The position numbers were made by a program, and so were the translations under genes. From IMG/VR virus record IMGVR_UViG_3300042291_000167, positions 1 to 26,734 of that record: a stretch of 26,734 bases of DNA; one strand, 5' to 3'. This DNA comes from a virus (Duplodnaviria > Caudoviricetes). Numbering within the stretch: position 1 is the stretch's first letter; the number at the start of each line of letters is the position of its first letter. This document shows, one piece after another, positions 24,901 to 26,734 of this stretch. The notes beneath the pieces are model-generated. The model saw nothing but the letters and a program-made list of their open reading frames with translations, was not told the origin of the DNA and searched no databases.

Positions 24901-25329
24901 TAATACTGGAACATTGCTTAAGTTAAATCCATTGATATCAGTGATATCTTCTGTTGTTTGTATGCTGGTTACTTTGATGTAACCTTGTGCAGTTAAGTTT
25001 CGTTTAGCGTTATAACTGACTAAGTTGGCTAATTTAATAACACTATCTCTACGTTCAGCAGTGTCAATAAAATTTTCACGTGCATTTAAGTCATTGCGGA
25101 ACGCTAGACCTTGACCCATAAACGCAATAATGTCTAGTAGAGCGATGAACTCACTAGATTCAATGAAGTCATTAAACGTCTCCGGATAGTATACTCGTAG
25201 ATAATCTATGAAGCTTTTACGCAAAGTTTCATAGTCGTAACTTTTAAAGTCGGCCTCACGGAAGGTCTGGTAAATTGCTTTCCAGTCATTGACGCCAAAT
25301 ATTGCTGATTGTCGGGAACTTGTAGCCAT
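21946..25329 (-). CDS. gp6: Baseplate wedge subunit, T4 gp6 / baseplate-J-like (1127 aa)
   Basis: Recognisable gp6-family motifs: YDYETLRKSFIDYL..ESSEFIALLDIIAF..NARENFIDTAERRDSVIKLANLVSY, FGDGVFSEIP, and ETLANIKQRAP..Y.TQNRMVNGEDY. It directly follows the gp25-like gene. Confidence 0.88.
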   Translation of the reverse strand: MATSSRQSAIFGVNDWKAIYQTFREADFKSYDYETLRKSFIDYLRVYYPETFNDFIESSEFIALLDIIAFMGQGLAFRNDLNARENFIDTAERRDSVIKLANLVSYNAKRNLTAQGYIKVTSIQTTEDITDINGFNLSNVPVLWNDPANSNWLNQYNTIVNATLINTQRVGRPGNSAQLLGIKTDEYTINIPGGNLPVVPFSSVVDNQTMNFELVSVTSLDEDYVYEIPPAPTGKMNMVYRNDRLGYGSPNTGFFFYFKQGRLQNYDFNLQQQISNQVVDISDIQGVNNTDTWLFQLSTDNTSIVTRTLWKEVENVYADAYLQTETSAKKIFSVVSRYNDQVSYSFGDGVFSEIPVGTFRSYVRAGNALTYTIDPTEMQGLSVTINYISRAGRTEALTLGLELQLPVSNAQARETLANIKQRAPARYYTQNRMVNGEDYNNFPYTLYNSIIKSKAINRSSIGVSKNLDLLDPTGKYSSTNSFANDGAIYQNSNNGNLGLTISTTGDIITFLTTTLAAELADNRARQYYLQNFTRYNVNSTTGDGTVYWKESTVDANSVTGYFYNLSGSDEVAIPIGTYSTYSMKYATKGAMLKLTAPAGYYFDSNNRLVAGIAGSSNPTYIWTTVLNVIGDGYNNGEGQFSNGTGPVTLNAYVPEGVIVTQIIPAFDNSLPALVIQECITRMELNQDFSLVFNNSLLVSQDRWSVEAYDATNWFVNFNSLGNNVYQIAYRSLQYYFGSVADTRFNFETGKLVYDPFTGKVLQDYVKVLATNTQYNSNYPLSKPVQISILGQTVESDGYINDFEVEVASIDVNDRTIINDPDFFTTITGYQPNSSNIGIYTFFELVEDAISLSRYQIIPSTSVNYVYATKTQIEVVKYEYPEGQLFYAYSENKFYTSIQDDTVNTPFYVLVEQPQYSIQYGRQGLQFQYRHNSNNTTRIDPATTNIIDLYLVTQSYYTQYQNWIQDTTGTISEPNKPTINELNQSYGKLQDYKMLSDSLIPNSVIFKPLFGAKAAPALRATVKVVKAANTNASNSEIRSAVLSSMNSYFNINNWNFGDTFYFSELSAYLHDQLGEIISSVVLVPNNPTQSFGDLYEIKCAPYEIFQNAATASDVQVIAALTPAELQIR

Positions 25330-25346
25330 AAGTAATCTCTTTCAAG

Positions 25347-25354
25347 TATTTATC
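25347..25354 (-). promoter_or_regulatory. T4-late-promoter-like box GATAAATA
   Basis: Lies in the 48-nt intergenic gap and ends 17 nt before the ATG at 25329. Confidence 0.65.
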
Positions 25355-25377
25355 ATTATAAAAATACCGATTTTTGA

Positions 25378-25827
25378 TTACTGTATGGCTGCTACGTTAG
25401 TTAGATTGTTGAAGAAAACGCTTAATAGTTGAGCGTTGTTGAATGGTGCTATCGCTAATTCTACTTCAATTAATATGCCATTTTCTTTAGGAAATGCTTT
25501 GACTGAGTTAAGAATTATTCTAGGATCAGAACTGGCTACTCTGCGTATCTCATCTTGCAGTTGAAATTGAGTATCAGCAGTATTAGGTTCAAATATAAAA
25601 GACCACAATGTTGTTCCGTAACCCGGTTGACCTACTTTTTGTCCTTGTTGAATGTTCAACGCATTCAAAAAGTCTTGCAGTACTAGTTGTTCATTGGTCA
25701 GTTTAAACTTTTTTCCCGGTATCACAGCTTGAGTCGTAGATCCATAACCGCCACCCGTACCAGGTGTCAGATCAGTTGACCTAGGTTTATTAGCGTTTAT
25801 TGTACTGAATCCATTATATGTTGCCAT
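25378..25827 (-). CDS. gp25: Baseplate wedge subunit / sheath initiator, GPW/gp25 family (149 aa)
   Basis: Pattern L.N.L....G(Q)K...PGYG..LW..IFEP......I..V...DPRI corresponds to the gp25 signature GER...P.FG..L...LFEP..EPR. Size is typical, it has an AAGGA SD, and it lies upstream of the gp6-like gene. Confidence 0.88.
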   Translation of the reverse strand: MATYNGFSTINANKPRSTDLTPGTGGGYGSTTQAVIPGKKFKLTNEQLVLQDFLNALNIQQGQKVGQPGYGTTLWSFIFEPNTADTQFQLQDEIRRVASSDPRIILNSVKAFPKENGILIEVELAIAPFNNAQLLSVFFNNLTNVAAIQ

Positions 25828-25842
25828 GATTGTTCCTTATTA

Positions 25843-25850
25843 TATTTATA
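25843..25850 (-). promoter_or_regulatory. Exact T4 late promoter consensus TATAAATA
   Basis: Directly follows the TAA at 25853-25851 and ends 15 nt before the gp25 ATG, with AAGGA in between. Confidence 0.75.
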
Positions 25851-26734
25851 TTAGCTAGCGGCTGTTGTAGTGCTGTTGACTGAGTTACCAGGAGATACAG
25901 TGGCTAACTGAACTTGTCGTTGTCTTATTGCGGTAATGCGACCGTCCAAATCTGTTAATTGTTGCTTAGTTTGGATTAATGTCTGTTCTGCAATTCCAAT
26001 TGCCGGATCTCCGGCTGGCAAGTCTGTTTTAGCAAGGTTTAACGTATATCTTGCATCACGTACTGATTTGTCTAACGCATATCTTTGATCGACCAAAGCG
26101 TTTAATTCATCGTTAATTTCGTTATATTTGTTTATTGATTCTTCTGACGCCGGCTTCCCTAAAGTTGCAGGATTTCCTGAGAAGTTAGGTAACGGTATCT
26201 TTGCACTACCTAACGTTGAAGTAATCTGTGCTGTTAATTCTCCTCTATCAACGGTGTTGAACGCTACCGTAGGTAACTGAATAGCAATTGAACCACCAGA
26301 ACTTAATGAACTTATTGCTGAATTCAACTGTGCTGCCGCCCCGGCTGGTAATCCAGCTGATGCAAGTGACTGTAACGTAGCCGATCCGTCTTTTAGTTTA
26401 GCTAAATTAGTAGCAACTGCCGCACCTGCACCAGATATTAATCCAGTTACAGTACTAGCTCCAGGGATAGCATTAAGTGCATTCTTTGCGTTATCTACTA
26501 CCGATGCAATAGCTTTTTCTCCGCCAGCAATTGCATTGAGTCCCGTGCTCACTCCCGTAATTGCCCCCACTGATGCTAATGCAGTTGATGCTGATTCTGC
26601 CGCTGTTCTAGCTAAATTAGTCACAGATGATCCATTGACAGATGAAACAACATTAGTAAGTGATCCAACAGAAGCACTTACATTTGCTACAGTATTTGTA
26701 ATTGGATTACCAATTCCATTATTAACTGCGTTAG
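25851..26734 (-). CDS. C-terminal part of an Ala/Gly/Ser-rich virion protein, 5'-truncated (possibly a baseplate hub/spike-associated protein)
   Basis: The frame stays open beyond the GTG at 26624 to the window end (..NAVNNGIGNPITNTVANVSASVGSLTNVVSSVNGSSVTNLART..), so the true start lies outside. A low-charge helical region is followed by two heptad-like helices. The product is guessed from position only. Confidence 0.6.
   Translation of the reverse strand, partial: NAVNNGIGNPITNTVANVSASVGSLTNVVSSVNGSSVTNLARTAAESASTALASVGAITGVSTGLNAIAGGEKAIASVVDNAKNALNAIPGASTVTGLISGAGAAVATNLAKLKDGSATLQSLASAGLPAGAAAQLNSAISSLSSGGSIAIQLPTVAFNTVDRGELTAQITSTLGSAKIPLPNFSGNPATLGKPASEESINKYNEINDELNALVDQRYALDKSVRDARYTLNLAKTDLPAGDPAIGIAEQTLIQTKQQLTDLDGRITAIRQRQVQLATVSPGNSVNSTTTAAS

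Noticed and set aside
25360-25375. Inverted repeat AAAAAT-N4-ATTTTT after the gp25-like gene
   Set aside because: A 6-bp, A/T-only stem is too weak to call a terminator.
21946-25827. Bacterial contractile injection system (eCIS/T6SS/tailocin) instead of a phage
   Set aside because: gp25/gp6 homologues occur in those systems, but the T4-type gp6 motifs, T4-late-like boxes and fibre genes favour a T4-like jumbo phage. This is not formally excluded, because no capsid genes are in the window.
21936-25844. Sigma70 -10 hexamers TATAAT in three intergenic gaps (21936-21941, 25355-25360, 25839-25844)
   Set aside because: No convincing -35 element was noticed. They sit in very AT-rich DNA next to the better-supported late boxes.
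370-25853. Stop-codon reassignment (all seven visible stops are TAA)
   Set aside because: A 6512-codon frame with no in-frame TAG or TGA argues against their use as sense codons. TAA preference is normal in AT-rich phage.
26622-26624. GTG start given for the 257-aa ORF
   Set aside because: The frame is open upstream to the window edge and there is no SD or late box here, so the true start lies outside the window.

Overview
AT-rich window whose real genes all lie on the minus strand. It is best read as the baseplate/tail-fibre module of a large T4-like (jumbo) myophage. In transcription order it holds: the 3' end of an Ala/Gly-rich virion protein (5'-truncated), a gp25-like wedge subunit, an enlarged gp6-like wedge subunit (1127 aa), a giant 6512-aa protein in the gp7 position, an unannotated 49-aa ORF, a 206-aa virion protein, a 398-aa short fibre with a peptidase-G2-like chaperone, and the start of another virion protein (3'-truncated). 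Five genes are preceded by a T4-late-promoter-like box, (G/T)ATAA(A/G)TA. The most striking feature is the giant protein. By my reading it is not a linear string of domains but a nested 'Russian-doll' structure: about 16 copies of a ~80-aa beta module are inserted into loops of other domains and of each other, up to four levels deep, alongside two different seven-bladed propellers and several split domains. All family assignments are from motif recognition by eye, with no searches run, and domain boundaries are approximate.
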